NCBI RefSeq assembly: GCF_006345805.1
Contig: NC_043010.1
Location: 55,552,001-55,616,000 of the forward strand
Direction of reading: 5' to 3'
Origin: Octopus sinensis
Lineage: Eukaryota
Length of the DNA stretch: 64,000 bases
Position numbers and translations under genes: made by a program. Each line of letters begins with the position of its first letter. The stretch's first letter is position 1. This document shows positions 11,354 to 24,645 of the stretch, one piece after another. The notes under the pieces are model-generated. The model made no database searches, was not told where the DNA came from, and worked only from the letters and a program-made list of their open reading frames with translations.

Positions 11354-11499
11354 ATATATATACATATATATATATATAGATAGAGAGAGAGAGATGTGTA
11401 GGTATTCGCTGTCTTTTCTCTCTCATCTGTCCGCTTTAAGTTTATGCGTGTGTAATATGTCTACTCTTAATGTTTGTTGTTGTGTTGTTGTTGTCATTG

Positions 11500-11530
<31 letters not shown>

Positions 11531-11589
11531 TACTGTTTATTTTTAACCTGAGTTCAAATTCTTCACTGATTCAGCAGATCTATGATCAT

Positions 11590-11943
11590 AGATTCTCACT
11601 TCCTCCTCCACCATGACCACCACCACCACCACCACCATCCTTCTGCTCCTGCTCCTCCTACCTCTACTCTTCATCCTCATTGTCCCTACATCGTCATCAT
11701 AAATAAATAGCGTCACCGAACCTTCTCCTTTTTACCTTTTCAACCTCTTCCTTGTCCTCCACCGTCATCGTCGCCACCATCGTCGACAGCCTCCCATACT
11801 TTGTCACTGGGACCGCTTCCCTTTGTTCCGCATTTTCTCTTCATGTCAACTAAATTGCCAGGCTATTTATACTGCAAAAGACGTATTATGTATCAAAGTG
11901 CACGTTTATCACATAATTACCATCATCATCATCATCATCATAC

Positions 11944-11981
<38 letters not shown>

Positions 11982-12110
11982 CCACCACTACCATCATCAT
12001 CATCATCATCGTCATTATCATCATCATCATCATCACCATCATCATCGTCATCATCATCATCATCATCATTATCATCATCACCATCATCATCATCATCATC
12101 ATCATCACCG

Positions 12111-12145
<35 letters not shown>

Positions 12146-13205
12146 GTCATCATCATTATCACCATCATCATCATCATCATCATCACCATCATCAGCCCCA
12201 ACAACAACAACTACACAATTTACACCATCAATATTTCTCTGCTTCTGCTCTTTCTCTTTTTCCTTCTTCTCCTCTTCAGCATCATCATCTTTACCATTAT
12301 CACTTCACCTACCACTGCCACTACCACAAATACCTCCTCCACCAATACTAGCACCACCACCATTAACATCATTATCATTATTATCGTCATCACTATCACC
12401 TCCACCACCAACGCCACTACCTTCATCAATGTTCCTCTGCCTCTACTCATCCACCTTCCTCTTCTTTTACACCTCCTCTTCCTCCTCCTCACCATCATCA
12501 TTATTATCATTGCACCTCCTGCCAATATCATCATCACCACCGCCGCTGCCACCAATATTGACACCACCATCACCATCATCATCATCATCATCATCATCAT
12601 CGTCGTCGTCGTCGTCGTCGTCATCATCATCAGTATCTTCATAATAATATAATAATAATAATAATCGTTATCAGCACCATCACCATCATCATCATCATCA
12701 GCTTCATCGACATCATTATCACTGACATCATCATCATTACCACCGGCATCATCATAATCATCGTTGTCGCCATGTATCATCATCCTTCTCGTTTTTCTCA
12801 TTACCGTCATCACCATCATCCACTTCATCATCATCATCCTCATCTTCTTTATCATCAGCAGCATGGTCGTCGTCATCATTATCATCATCCACAGCTTCAT
12901 CATGAACATCATTATCAGCTTCTTCGTCCTCATTATCCACCTCCTCTTCCTCCCCCTCCTCCTCCTCCCCCCTTTATTATCATCATTATAATCATCATCA
13001 TCATCACAATCCTCATTATCATCCTCCTCTTCCTTATCTTCACCATATTCATCCTCACCCTCATCATCACCATCATCACCATCACCATCATCATCATCAT
13101 CATCATCGTCGTCATCATCGTCATCCCTTTTGTCTCCATTTCTCTGCTTCTTTCATGTTTAAATGCCCCCACCACCATCACCACCACCACTATCACCACC
13201 ATCTT
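11590..13205. repeat. About 1.6 kb compound (CAT)/(CAC)/(CCT)/(CGT) trinucleotide low-complexity tract
   Basis: Directly visible; it generates the long poly-I/S/M/H ORFs in the track. Confidence 0.95.
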
Positions 13206-13539
13206 CTGATTTCTCCTTTAATCCTCCTCCAGAAAAAGGAAAGACAAGACATTTCTCCGTCTCAACAGAATTATCAATAAATATACCATTCAAAACCAAT
13301 CTATGGTTCACACCGGATCCCCCACCGCCACCCCACCGCCCTCCCGCACCCCCACGTTCTTTCATTAACATTCTTTGATTCCCTTTTCTGTCTATTTTCA
13401 TTAATTCAATTAACTTGTGTAGTTGGCCATGCTATTACTGAAACTTAACTTATTACAGGGACGTAGAGCAGCGAGATTATGGAAGTCTGTTATCTTATAT
13501 TTAGTGGTTCAGCTTTGTATCTCTTGGAACTAATCCAAC

Positions 13540-14175
13540 ACACACACACACATATATACATATACACATATATATATATATGTGTGTATGTGTGTATAAA
13601 TGTGTATATATAATTAAGTATGTATATAATATATATATATGCATATATATATACTTATATGTGTGTATGTGTATCTGTGTGTGTGTGGACCTGTGCGTCT
13701 ATAAATATGTTTATATATATATATTTGTATTTATATTTATATGTATAATATGCGTTTATATATATATATATATTTATGTGTATATATACATATCTAAATA
13801 TACATGAATATATATATATACATATGTATGTATATGTATGTATATGTATGTACCTATGTATATAAATGTATGTGTATATATATATATTTGTCTGAGTATA
13901 TACATATATGTGTGTATATATATACATGTATATATATATATATACATCAATGTGTATATATGTATATATGCTTGTATATATGTATATCTATGTATGTATA
14001 TATATGTGCATGTGTGTATGTATGTGTTTGTATATATACATGAATATACATATATATTCATATATATATGTGTGTGTGTGTGTGTGTATATATACGTGTG
14101 TGCGTATATATATATATCTGTAAGCGTATATTTGTGTATATATGCAGATATGTATGTGTGTGTATGTATATAAAT
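13540..14175. repeat. Degenerate (TA)/(TG) microsatellite field
   Basis: Directly visible. Similar fields occur at about 18700-19060, 20300-21065, 31160-31450, 33200-33430, 46920-47170, 50270-50960, 51300-51960 and 61500-61865. Confidence 0.95.
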
Positions 14176-14592
14176 ATAAACACAGGAAATGTTCTCGCTT
14201 CGATATTATACACCATTAATTCACAAAATACGGAACTGTCTTAAGTTCTTTGATAGCTAAGTATTTATAAACCCATCTAATTAATTTAATTAAATCATCT
14301 AACAAAACTCCCCACCAACACCAACACCACCACGTACACGCATACAGAGATTTGCAGACACAATACGTGCATGTATATTACACACATACATGTACACACA
14401 CACACACGCGCGCGCACATACACACACATATATATATATATACAACCAAATATACATATAAACTTTATCCGCGTTTTAATAAGTTTATTGCTTATTCTAA
14501 ATACCTGAAGATGTCAAAGTCGTGTTTGAAATCAGTAAGTGCATTGATAATAAACGAGTTGTTGTTGTTCTTCTTCTTCTTATTATTATTAT

Positions 14593-14971
14593 TCAGTAGT
14601 TTTATTTTTATAGCGTGCTTTCACTTCACTACCGAGCGCAGCTCTGTGTGCCTTGGGTATGTGCTGAGATTTGTTGTGATGCTCTGATGGTTATTGTATG
14701 GAAAGTGTTCTGCGTAGGATGTGTGCAGTGCCTAGTAGTGCAATTTTCTGTATGTTATATGTGTTTGTAAGTCCTGGTGTTTTTGTTATGTATTTGTCTG
14801 AATATTTTTTTATCATGCCTAATGCACCTACTATGATAGGAATTGTTTCTGTTTTCAGATTCCACATTCTAGTTACCTCTATTTCCAGGTCTTTGTATTT
14901 TGAGAGTTTCTCCATTTCTTTTAGAGACACATTGTCATCTGCCGGTATTGATACATCAATTAGAAAGCATT
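14593..14971 (-). mobile_element. R4/Dong-like non-LTR retrotransposon, 5'-truncated (RLE endonuclease C-terminus plus 3' UTR) inside (TAA)n
   Basis: KCFLIDVSIPADDNVSLKEMEKLSKYKDLEIEVTRMWNLKTETIPIIVGALG...IQKIALLGTAHILRRTLSIQ* is a restriction-like endonuclease D..E.K..KY pattern. (ATT)n flanks both sides (14581-14593, 14971-15038). Confidence 0.85.
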
Positions 14972-14991
14972 TATTATTATTATTATTATTA

Positions 14992-15039
<48 letters not shown>

Positions 15040-15041
<2 letters not shown>

Positions 15042-15475
15042 GTTGCGAGCTGGCAGAATCGTTAGCACGCGGGGCGAAATGCTTTTCGGCATTTCGTCTG
15101 TCTTTACGTTCTGAATTCAAAATCCGCCGATGTCGACTTTGCCTTTCATCCTTTCAGGGTCGATAAACTAAGTACCAGTGAAACACTGGGGTCGATGTAA
15201 TCGACTAGTCCCCTCCCACAAAATTTCAGGCCTTTTGCGTATAGTGGAGAGGACTATTATTATTATTATTATTGTTATGATTGTTATTAAGACGGCGAAC
15301 AAAATCATTAGCATGCCGGGTAAAATGCTAAATGGTATTTCGCCCGTCGCTACGTTCTGAGTTCAAATGCCTTTTATACTTTCGGGGTCGATAAATTAAG
15401 TACCAGTGAACCATTGGGGTCGATATGATCGACTTCCCCCTCCCTCCAAATTTCAGGCCTTCTATCTATAATAAA
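15040..15475 (+). mobile_element. Two adjacent SINE-A copies with the (ATT)n-type tail
   Basis: Heads at about 15040 and 15290, SINE-A body and tail CCCCTCC...AAATTTCAGGCC...TATA. Confidence 0.8.
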
Positions 15476-15489
15476 AAGTCGGGTAGTAG

Positions 15490-16342
15490 TTCTACTCTAG
15501 CGTTCTTTAGAGGGCTAGTGGAGGAGAAGTGCGGACGTTCTCGGGGAAATTCTGGGCGTCGATGAAGATCAACTAACCGGTCTGTTTCGGAGAACTTTCG
15601 AGTCTGGGCCTATGGATAAATTCCAGAAATCCCTTGCCTGACAGTGCTACCGAGGGGTGCTGCTTGTTCGGGATAAAATTTACATGCTCGAAAGTATCGT
15701 CAGCCGGGCCTGCCCGCGGTGATCCAGAAAGATGAACGCCCTAGTCCAATGCCCAAGTATTGCTTACTTGTGGGTTTATGTCGAACACCTGTTGTCACAT
15801 GTGGGACGGATCCGGCTATCAGCTGAATCCATTGTGAGGTTTACCCCGCCACCGTCCTTTGGCCGGGTGGTACAGGCAATTTTTATCTGTATGGTTTCTA
15901 TAACAAAAGAGGTAGTATGGTGGAGCCGTTTGAAAGGGCTAAAGACAGACACTTTCCTCATTAACTTTTTCAAGTTTATGAGGAAAGTGTCACTTGAAAA
16001 GGAAGTTGAGGGTGCAGAGAGGAGTGTTGCCTTCTAGCAAGTTTCTTGATAGGTGGGTGAATGTTGGAAGATTGACCAATGTGAAAAGACCAATTCTGAG
16101 CGTGCATCTGTAAACAAAAGAAGGGCTCTTGCTCTCTTGTTCATGCACCTGTGACTTTTGTGGGGTTTTCCCCGAGGTTCTTAAAGCGCCTCTTCTATTG
16201 GGAGTTTTAAATCGTTTAATTGTGTTATTTACATTGTTTACACGTAGTAAAACCTCTTGTACCGTCCTGTTTTTGTCTTTTATATTGTTGTATGTCTTTT
16301 AATGTAATTTTATATGAGCCCTTGTGGCCAATAGAAGAAAAA

Positions 16343-16345
<3 letters not shown>
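15490..16345 (+). mobile_element. L1/Tx1-like LINE 3' fragment (ORF2 C-terminal zinc-knuckle region plus 3' UTR)
   Basis: FQKSLA*QCYRGVLLVRDKIY...RACPR*...ALVQCPSIAYLWVYVEHLL...KEVVWWSR resembles the Tx1/L1 C-terminus (degenerate CxxC..H..C); T-rich UTR ends AATAGAAGAAAAAA. Confidence 0.6.
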
Positions 16346-16382
<37 letters not shown>

Positions 16383-16383
<1 letters not shown>

Positions 16384-16610
16384 GGCAGTGAACTATCAAA
16401 ATCATTAGCATACCGGGCGAAATGCTTAGCGGCATCTTGTCCGTCTTTATGTTCTGAGATCAAATTCCGCCGAGGTCGACTTTGCCTTTCATCCTCTCAG
16501 AGTTCGATAAATTAAGGACCACTAAAACATTGGGGTCGATTTAATTGACTACTCCTCCCCGCCCCCAAAAGAATTTCAAGTCTTGTGCCTTTTGTAGAAA
16601 GGATTCTCAT
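16383..16610 (+). mobile_element. SINE-A copy (older), (ATT)-type tail
   Basis: CGGGCGAAATGCTTAGCGGC...CAAATTCCGCCGAGGTCGACTTTGCCTTTCATCC body. Confidence 0.75.
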
Positions 16611-16884
16611 TATTTTTATTGTTGTTGTTATCATTATTTTTGTTATTCCTATTGACAAGGAGCTGAGCTGGCAGAAACGTTAGCGCACTTGGCCAAATAC
16701 TTACCGACATATCTTCAAGCGCCATAAATTCTTTCACACCGCACCGAGGCCGATTTTGCTCTACATTTTTTCAGCACCGATAAAACACGAATAAATTGAA
16801 CCCATAGGGCGATAAAATTGACTGCCCTTTCTCACCAATTTTTTTCCTTAAAGCAGAAATTAAAAGATATAGTATAGAGTATTT

Positions 16885-17200
16885 TAGGCGAAGGTTGGCT
16901 GTGTGATTAAGAAAATCGCTTTGCAGTATCTGTTTTTTAGCTCAGTCCCACTGCGCAGCACCTTTGTCAAGAGTCTTCTGCAATAGACCCAGGTTAACTA
17001 AAGGATTATAAGGAAATTTGGCAAAAAGAAACTGTGCGGAAGCCCGTCGTGTCGTATATATATGTATATATGGCAATGTTTGTTTTGTCTTAAAACACTG
17101 GTATTGGTTTGGTTACGTTTGGCAAAGAGAGGTAAACATAAATACTACGGTTGATTTGCTTGACTAAAACAATTTGTAGTAGTCTGCAGCTAAAATAGTT
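16885..17200 (+). mobile_element. Diverged SINE-B copy
   Basis: TGGCTGTGTG...CAGTCCCACTGCGCAGCACCTTTGTCAAGAGTCTTCTG...GAAGCCCGTCGT. Confidence 0.6.
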
Positions 17201-17336
17201 GAATGATCTCTCTTGCAAGAGAGATTAATAGAGTAATCACCCTTAAATATGTTTCTCGAAACATCTACGTCAGGAGAAGTAATTCTTAATTATTTAAGAA
17301 GCCTCGTTTTTCTCTTAGAAGTTTCTAGAATGTAAG

Positions 17337-17636
17337 TTTGTCCCTTCTCGAGCCATGCCTGGCTCATAAGGGCCGGTTTCCCGGCTTCCTTGGCGTATAG
17401 GTTCCCCACCTGGACGGGACGCTGTCCGTCGCAGGTGAGCTGCATGATGCAGGAGGAAAGAGTGAGAGAAAGTTGTGGCGAATGAATCAGCAGAAGTTTG
17501 CCATTAACTTCTGCCGGAGCCGCGTGGAGCTTAGGTGTTTCGCTCATAAACGCACACATCGCCCGGTCTGAGATTCGAACCCCCGATCCCTCGACTGCGA
17601 GTCCGCTGCTTTAGCCACTAGGCCATGTGCCTCCAC
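17337..17636 (-). mobile_element. SINE-C subfamily with tail type 2
   Basis: Head GTGGAGGCACATGGCCTAGTGG...GTTCGAATCTC; body hairpin GCAGAAGTT/AACTTCTGC; tail ...GCGTCCCGTCCAGGTGGGGAACCTATACGCCAAGGAAGCCGGGAAACCGGCCC. Confidence 0.85.
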
Positions 17637-18826
17637 TCTAGAATGTCTAGCGTTCCATTGATAAAAACGGATTTCTTACCCTGCTCTCTGTGTCTTAGTC
17701 GACTAGACTCAGAGCCATTCTCGTCATTGCTATGCTGTCTGTTTCTCTATGCCACATGACTGAAAGCCACCACTTAGCTGTTATTTCTACATTTCGGAAC
17801 TTCCTTGCATAGATTACTTCATTCAACTAGATTCTAAATTTTGATTATGTTTCATCGACAACCAATGAATAAAATATATTTTTATGTAGTAAATATATAG
17901 TTCTTAAATTTATTCTTCTTCTTAGTAAGAACTCTTCTAATAATATACACACAGCCATTTCAATACTTGATACTGGACATATATTCTACACTACAAATTC
18001 AAGGGGGTACCACAGCACGGTCGCCGTCCGATGGCTGAAACGGGGAAAAAAATAATAGAAGTCATTTCGACAAAATGAGGGTTCCTTTTATATGATTATC
18101 ACAGCTGCTAGAAATAGACGCTAAATCTTAATAATATCTACATACGCAGCCATCTTTACGAAAAAAAAAGAAGCAACAAAATTGATATCATACTTATTAA
18201 AAACTGTGCTAACATCAGATACTCCCTACAAAGACATGATAGTCACAGCAGGACTACCATTAATCATAGGTAGTTCGATCAGACATACCTTGGGGGCAAA
18301 ATAAACCAACAACCACACGAACAACAGTAACGAAAATGACGACAAAGATGGCGACAATGCTGACGGCAAAACGAGCGATGTTGTTTGATTAAGCAAGCTC
18401 AGGTTTTTCAGCTACATATCCGCACTGTCACTGGGAAAAAAAAATTTCGGCTCATATATTTTCTAACTGGTGGTAAATAACCTCAAGTCATACGTATGTC
18501 TGTGAATATATTCAGAAATTCAGGCTTCTTACGTAGAGTTAATTACATTGAAAGCAGCTGGCTTATTGTTTTCTCATGTTTGGTTTATCTTTGGAGGGAG
18601 GGACGGGCGGTTTATTTTTTCATTAATATATATTTTTTTACTTTTGGTTTTTGATTTTCAGTGCGTACAAACAAGCAAGAACTATCATTGAGATGAATTT
18701 CATGTGTGCGTATGTGTGTGTGCTTGTGTGTATGTGCTTGTGTGTGTGTGTGTCTTTGTGAGTATACGTGCGTGTGTATACATGTGTGTTTGTATGTAAT
18801 TATATGTAAATATATATATTGAATGT

Positions 18827-18863
<37 letters not shown>

Positions 18864-19238
18864 AGAGAGAGAGAGAGATACTTATATATGTATATTTAAA
18901 TATATACATACAGACATAAAATACACACACACTCTCATACATATATATGTGTGTGTGTGTGTCTGTCTGTCTGTTTGTGTGCATATGCAAATATTTTGAA
19001 AGATATAGAGATATATATATACAAACAGACAGACAGACAGACAGATAGATAGATATGTTTCTTTATTAGCCACACAGGGCTGCACACAGACAGGACAAAT
19101 TACAAGGTAGAGCTTTTCTTTTGGGGGTAAAAAAAGGGGGTTTGGTTTTCGATCAAAAGGGATCGTAAAGGGAAAGAAAGAGGACAATAAAAGGGGGAAA
19201 TAAAATTTGAAAAAAAAATAAGATTGATAGATAGATAA

Positions 19239-19327
<89 letters not shown>

Positions 19328-19562
19328 GTTTACATGCGGAATCAATCACGTTGTGTGTATATTTAAAATCTAAATACTATACATAACACAATACTTTCCC
19401 TGGCACATGCCGCTAATTGTATCAATGTCTTCGAACTTTGGTGGACAGAGAGGAAGAAGTAGCCATTGATAGATATATTCTCACCAATATTAACACTTCT
19501 TTTCTTGTAACAGAATCACGCCTGCGAATGTATATATTTTCGAACGGATGAGCATGAGAATG

Positions 19563-19615
<53 letters not shown>

Positions 19616-19616
<1 letters not shown>

Positions 19617-19815
19617 CTTTTGTTCTTTTATTTGTTTTGCTCATGTGATTGCGGCCATGCTGGAGCACCGCCTTTAGTCGAACAAATCGACCCCAGGAAT
19701 TATTCTTTGTAAGCCTAGTACTTATACTATAGTCTTTTTGCCGAAACGCTAATTTACGGGGATTTAAACACACCAACATCGGTTGTCAAGCGATGGTGAG
19801 TGGACAAACACAGAC
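19616..19815 (-). mobile_element. SINE-B 3' half
   Basis: GCGGCCATGCTGGAGCACCGCCTTTAGTCGAAC... on the plus strand. Confidence 0.8.
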
Positions 19816-19876
19816 AAATTTCCTCATTGTCGTGACTTAGCATGGCCGCAGCCCAATGACTGGAGAAGTAAACGAT

Positions 19877-19928
<52 letters not shown>

Positions 19929-20312
19929 CATAATAAATAATATTAGGGTAATAAGAATTATAGAATTTTTTTTTATTACCAGTGGCCTAATAAACTGCGT
20001 CTGCGCAGTGGATTTCAAATGTTGGAATACACAAACAATGAGTTTACATGCGGAATCGATCACGTTGTGTGTATATTTAAAATCTAAAGGCTACCTACTG
20101 ATGAAAACTGGCGTCAGTAAATCTTTTTTACTGAAATAGGTCAGAAACCATGGTCTAGGAATTAAATTAGATAGTAATTTTTTTTCATTTTCATTCCCTT
20201 TCGAGAATTTATCCTTAATTAGTGGTTTGAATTTTTAACTATTCTTTCTAGCGCAACGCTTTCCTATGAAGGAAGCCTCTTAATATGTTTTAATGTACAC
20301 GATATTTTATAG

Positions 20313-20409
<97 letters not shown>

Positions 20410-20881
20410 TGAAGAATTGGCAGAGTACATTGAATCGACTGCCATTCATAGTTAAATTCTATACAAGAAATTATAAATGCAATCTAATTGATTATATATA
20501 CCGTTCATTCATTTTCGTTCCAACGGTTTACTGAAAAGTAGCATACGGTTCCGACAGTTCCCGATGAGGTCCAAAGTACTATAAATATCGAACATGAGCA
20601 TACAATATATATTTCCACAAATGAATAGTAAATGTAGGAAGCGTTAATGAATTGATGTCTGGAAGAATTTTAATTAGATATTTGTTTAAATATCTACAAG
20701 CATTAAATTATGTGTCTCCCACGTTTGTTTAAATATATAGCCTGAAATATACACCACAGATAGATAGATAAATAGATAGATAGATAGATAGACAGAAATA
20801 TCGATAGATAAATAGGTAGACAGATAGATAGACAGATAGACAGACAGACAGATATATATATATATAGATATATATATATAT

Positions 20882-20913
<32 letters not shown>

Positions 20914-20991
20914 ATAGTTAGATAGATACATAGACAGAAATATCGATAGATAAATAGGTAGACAGATAGATAGACAGATAGACAGACAGAC

Positions 20992-21064
<73 letters not shown>

Positions 21065-21066
21065 TA

Positions 21067-21445
21067 GCGCGTAATTGTATGGTGAAAATAATGCTTCCAA
21101 ATCAGATATTTTTACGTTCAGTCCCACTGCGTGGCACTTTAGACTAGTGTCTTCTACCATCGGCCCAAGGTGATCAAAGCCTTCTGAGTAGATTTCATTG
21201 ACAGAATCGGAAAGAAGTGTGCCGCATGTATGTGTGTGTATGTGTTTATATCTGAGTTTGTTCCGCAACACCGTTTGAGAACGAGGTTGTCTGTTTACGT
21301 CCTTCTAACTAAGCTTTTCCGTGAAAAGGAAATTATAGTTTAGTAAGAGACTCAAAGGGTTGATCTGTTAAAATAAACTTTTCAATGCTGTGTGGTCCAG
21401 CACGACTGCAACCAATGACTTAAACAAGTAAAATATTAAAGAATG
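21067..21445 (+). mobile_element. Old, diverged SINE-B copy
   Basis: GTTCAGTCCCACTGCGTGGCAC...CAAAGCCTT...CCAGCACGACTGCAACCAATGACTTAAACAAGTAAAA. Confidence 0.6.
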
Positions 21446-21496
<51 letters not shown>

Positions 21497-22429
21497 TATT
21501 TACACACGCAAACACTCCCACAAAACAACAATGAGCTGATTGATTATAGCATGGTATTGATTACTGTTCCAAAAATCGTTTGAGATCTGAGTTCAAATTT
21601 TGTCGGATGTCAAATTTGCCATTCATTCTTTCGATGTAACGAAATGAAAAGAAAAACTCGATCACACTAAACTGAGCTCCATTCTCCTCTTTCTTTTCTC
21701 TATCTTTCTTTCTTTCTTCTTTCCTCTATCTCTCTCCCTCTCTAGTATTCAATTCTATTCCCAACGTCTTTGTCTACTCCAGTATGTACGAACTAATTCA
21801 AATTCGCTTACTGCCCGGACTTACGTTCAAATAAAACCAGCGTTTTACTACATTTCTTTAACACAGTGTCTATCTTATGCCTCTATGATCTAATGTGCCC
21901 TTCCAGTAAAAGGACGAACTGGAGCTGGCCGGGTCGCTTACACATTGGACAAAAATGCTTAGCAACAATGCTTCCGGCTCTTCACGTCATGAATTCAAAA
22001 TCTACGATGATCAACTTTGTATATTGTCTTTTGCGGTGCATAAAATAACTTATCAGTCAAATATCGGAGTCGATGTAACCGACTAATATCCACCCTTGAA
22101 ATTGCCTTCGACGAAGATGAAACGATTGTCGATGACTAGAACTCCATTTCTCTTTTACATAAACTGTGTGCATACCAGTTCCGATTTGAACAGTAAGTCA
22201 ACATAGGATTAAGTGTGTCACCTTCGCCCGATCGCAACAAACAGCTGCATGACCTCCCTCAAATAATACTCTACAGCAATAATAAAACGATAGGAAAACG
22301 TAATTGCGGCTGAATTTACTTTGATAATAAGTGCGTGTTCATGCTGAAGTTGTACTGGAACTAAACTCGAACAGCAGTTGCAGCATTGTCAAGATAACAA
22401 GGTACTCAATACGTAGCTGCTCAGCCGTC

Positions 22430-22800
22430 AACGGTGGCTTGGCTTCGTGAGCAATTTACAGAGGGGAATCTCCATATATGTTACAGGCTTGCTGATGCCT
22501 GACGCGTCCGATTCGGGACAAAGGAACATGATAGCACAGTCTGCTTGTGAAAGTGGGCTGATCAGCGCTGGTTGTTGTGTCCTCGTACTTCCTCCTCTTT
22601 CTCTTGTCTGCAAAGATGGTTCTGTAGATGCCTTCAAGCGATGCTGTTGCTCGTTGAACAGTGAATCACCAGTTTTCACACGGTTATCGGAAAGAACAGG
22701 CCACTGGTGGTGATCAATGTCGCAGGAGCCAAATAATTTCTTTAGGGAATGCTTGTACTTCAATAAATAGCTGCTAAATTGCCTTTAGGCGTTGTTGCAA
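22430..22800 (-). mobile_element. RTE/BovB-like LINE 3' fragment
   Basis: KYKHSLKKLFGSCDIDHHQWPVLSDNR then, frameshifted, KRKRRKYEDTTTSADQPTFTSRLCYHVPLSRIGRVRHQQAC; this is a degenerate RTE C-terminal F.C..C...C.SRIGL.SH..C motif. Confidence 0.8.
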
Positions 22801-23099
22801 AACCAGTTCCTGCCAGGATTGGAGTACGGGATGTATTATTCAACTTTTTGATAATTGAATTCAACACATGGCTAGTGATTCCTCCTTTCAGGTGAGTTTC
22901 CTTAGTCACCATCTCACCTTTGTATGCCAATCCGATAAAAAGTTACTCTTTTATAACTGAGTGGGCTGGAAACCGTGAAATGAATAGCTTCTCTAAAGAA
23001 CAAAACGCACAGCTAACAGCTGGTCAGAGAATCAAAACCTGGATCTCGCGAGCGGGAGCGCAATACCCTCAAGAAAGACTCCTCTCCCTTCAGTCAAAA

Positions 23100-23412
23100 C
23101 TTACCATGGGATAGCACGTAGAAAGTTCTCCTCCCAGGCACAGCTCTGGGCAAGCTGGTTAGTGGAAGACCTGCAATCGCCCATGCATGCGAGTCATTCC
23201 TCTCCACACCCCCGATGTTATCCAAGGGAAAGGCAAAGGCCGATACAGCTTGGCACCTGTGACGTCGCAGCTTATTTCTACAGCTGAGTGAACTGGAACA
23301 ACGTGATATAAAATGTCTTGCTCGAGAATACAACACACAGCTCGGTCCGGGGTTCAAATTCACAACCACATGATTGTAAGCCCGATATTCTTACCACTGA
23401 GCCATACACCTT
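23100..23412 (-). mobile_element. SINE-D (CORE-like SINE)
   Basis: tRNA-like head, then CTCGAGCAAGACATTTTATATCACGTTGTTCCAGTTCACTCAGCTGTAGAAAT and the family tail. Confidence 0.85.
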
Positions 23413-23539
23413 CAATTTAACCACTAGATATTTGTTAGGGCTTTGGCCAATATCATTATGAAATAAAGGAAGAGAAAGAATGGTTCCCGAATATAGCCGT
23501 ATAAGGTAAATACATTTGTCTTTACCTTGCTGTAATATT

Positions 23540-23985
23540 CGGGTCCATCTGGATGCTTCTCTGTTACTTGCATTGTATGGACACATAAAAGGTGCAGCAA
23601 TATCAAAAGAAGGTTAACAGAGAATATAGATTTTGTGTGTGGCAGATGCACAGGGGCAATAAACACTGAAGATGTACAGAAAACAGATTCCATCACATGC
23701 CAGGGGGAGAAACCAGAAATTAATAGCTTCCGCTACCTAGGTTACCAACTCTGTAGTGGGGGTGGTTGCTCTGATTGTTTAGAGGCTAGATTAAGAATAG
23801 CCTGGGCAAAGTTCAGAAAGCTCTTACCTCTGCTGGCAACTAAGGGCCTCTCAATTCAGGATGAAAGGTAGACTGTATGATGCATGTGTGCGAACTGGCA
23901 TGCTACACGGCAGTGAAACATGGGCCATGATTGCTGAGGAAATGCACAGGCTTGAAAGAAATGAACCTAGGATGATCTGCTGAAA
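23540..23985 (+). mobile_element. RTE-X-like LINE internal fragment (RT C-terminal region)
   Basis: WTHKRCSNIKRRLTENIDFVCGRCTG...NSFRYLG..LCSGGGC...ARLRIAWAKFRKLLPLL...GRLYDACVRTGMLHGSETWAM...RLERNE; YLG and HGSETW motifs of RTE ORF2. Confidence 0.85.
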
Positions 23986-24645
23986 GCAAGGTTGCTACGA
24001 AGCCACTCTATTTAAAGCAATGGATTACAAATGAGTTGAATACAAAGGGACCGATACAAATGGAAATATTTCAATATAACCATATTATGAAAATATGCTC
24101 TTATTTATGTCGCAGTAACCTCCCGGGATATCTTGATGCTTCTGGGATACTCGTGTTTTTTAAACAAGTGTAGAAAACATTAGGTTCTCGCGAAGTCTAG
24201 CCGTTAAAACCTGTGAATTACAATGTGTTGAATATGAAGCTACCGATCGATACAAGAGGAGGTAATCGAGTGTGTTTATATTAGAATAAAGGGGAAGTCT
24301 TGTTTGTTTTGAAACATATGATTGCCAAATTGCTTGATGTTTTGAAATATGTTACAAACACTCCAGGTTAGTGCCTTTAGGGAATGGAAGTCTCTTCTAC
24401 TGCCATTAGCTTAGGACTTGAGATATTTGAAGTCACTGAACCTCTTGAACAGTCACCATCATGGTCGACGCCATCTTCATCAGTATCGTCGTCGTCGTCA
24501 TTATCATCGTCGTTACATAACCATTGTCATCGTCATAGTCCTCCTCCTCCTCATCATCTTCACCAGCACCATCGCTACCAACACTACCGCCATTACCACT
24601 ACCACCACTACCATCACTATCACCGCTCCCAAAGCCACCTCTACC

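Noticed and set aside
11801-13209. Long ORFs (up to 283 aa) of poly-I/S/M/H/D, including an acidic 60-aa ORF at 12758-12940
   Set aside because: They are open only because CAT/CAC/CCT trinucleotide repeats lack stops; they overlap in several frames and on both strands, with no domain or splice context.
13331-13353. Canonical G-quadruplex motif on the minus strand
   Set aside because: A single motif at the edge of a low-complexity tract, with no functional context.
20098-20130. CTGATGA followed by hairpin ACTG-GCGT-CAGT
   Set aside because: It is followed by TAAA rather than GAAA, with no stem I or III; probably chance.
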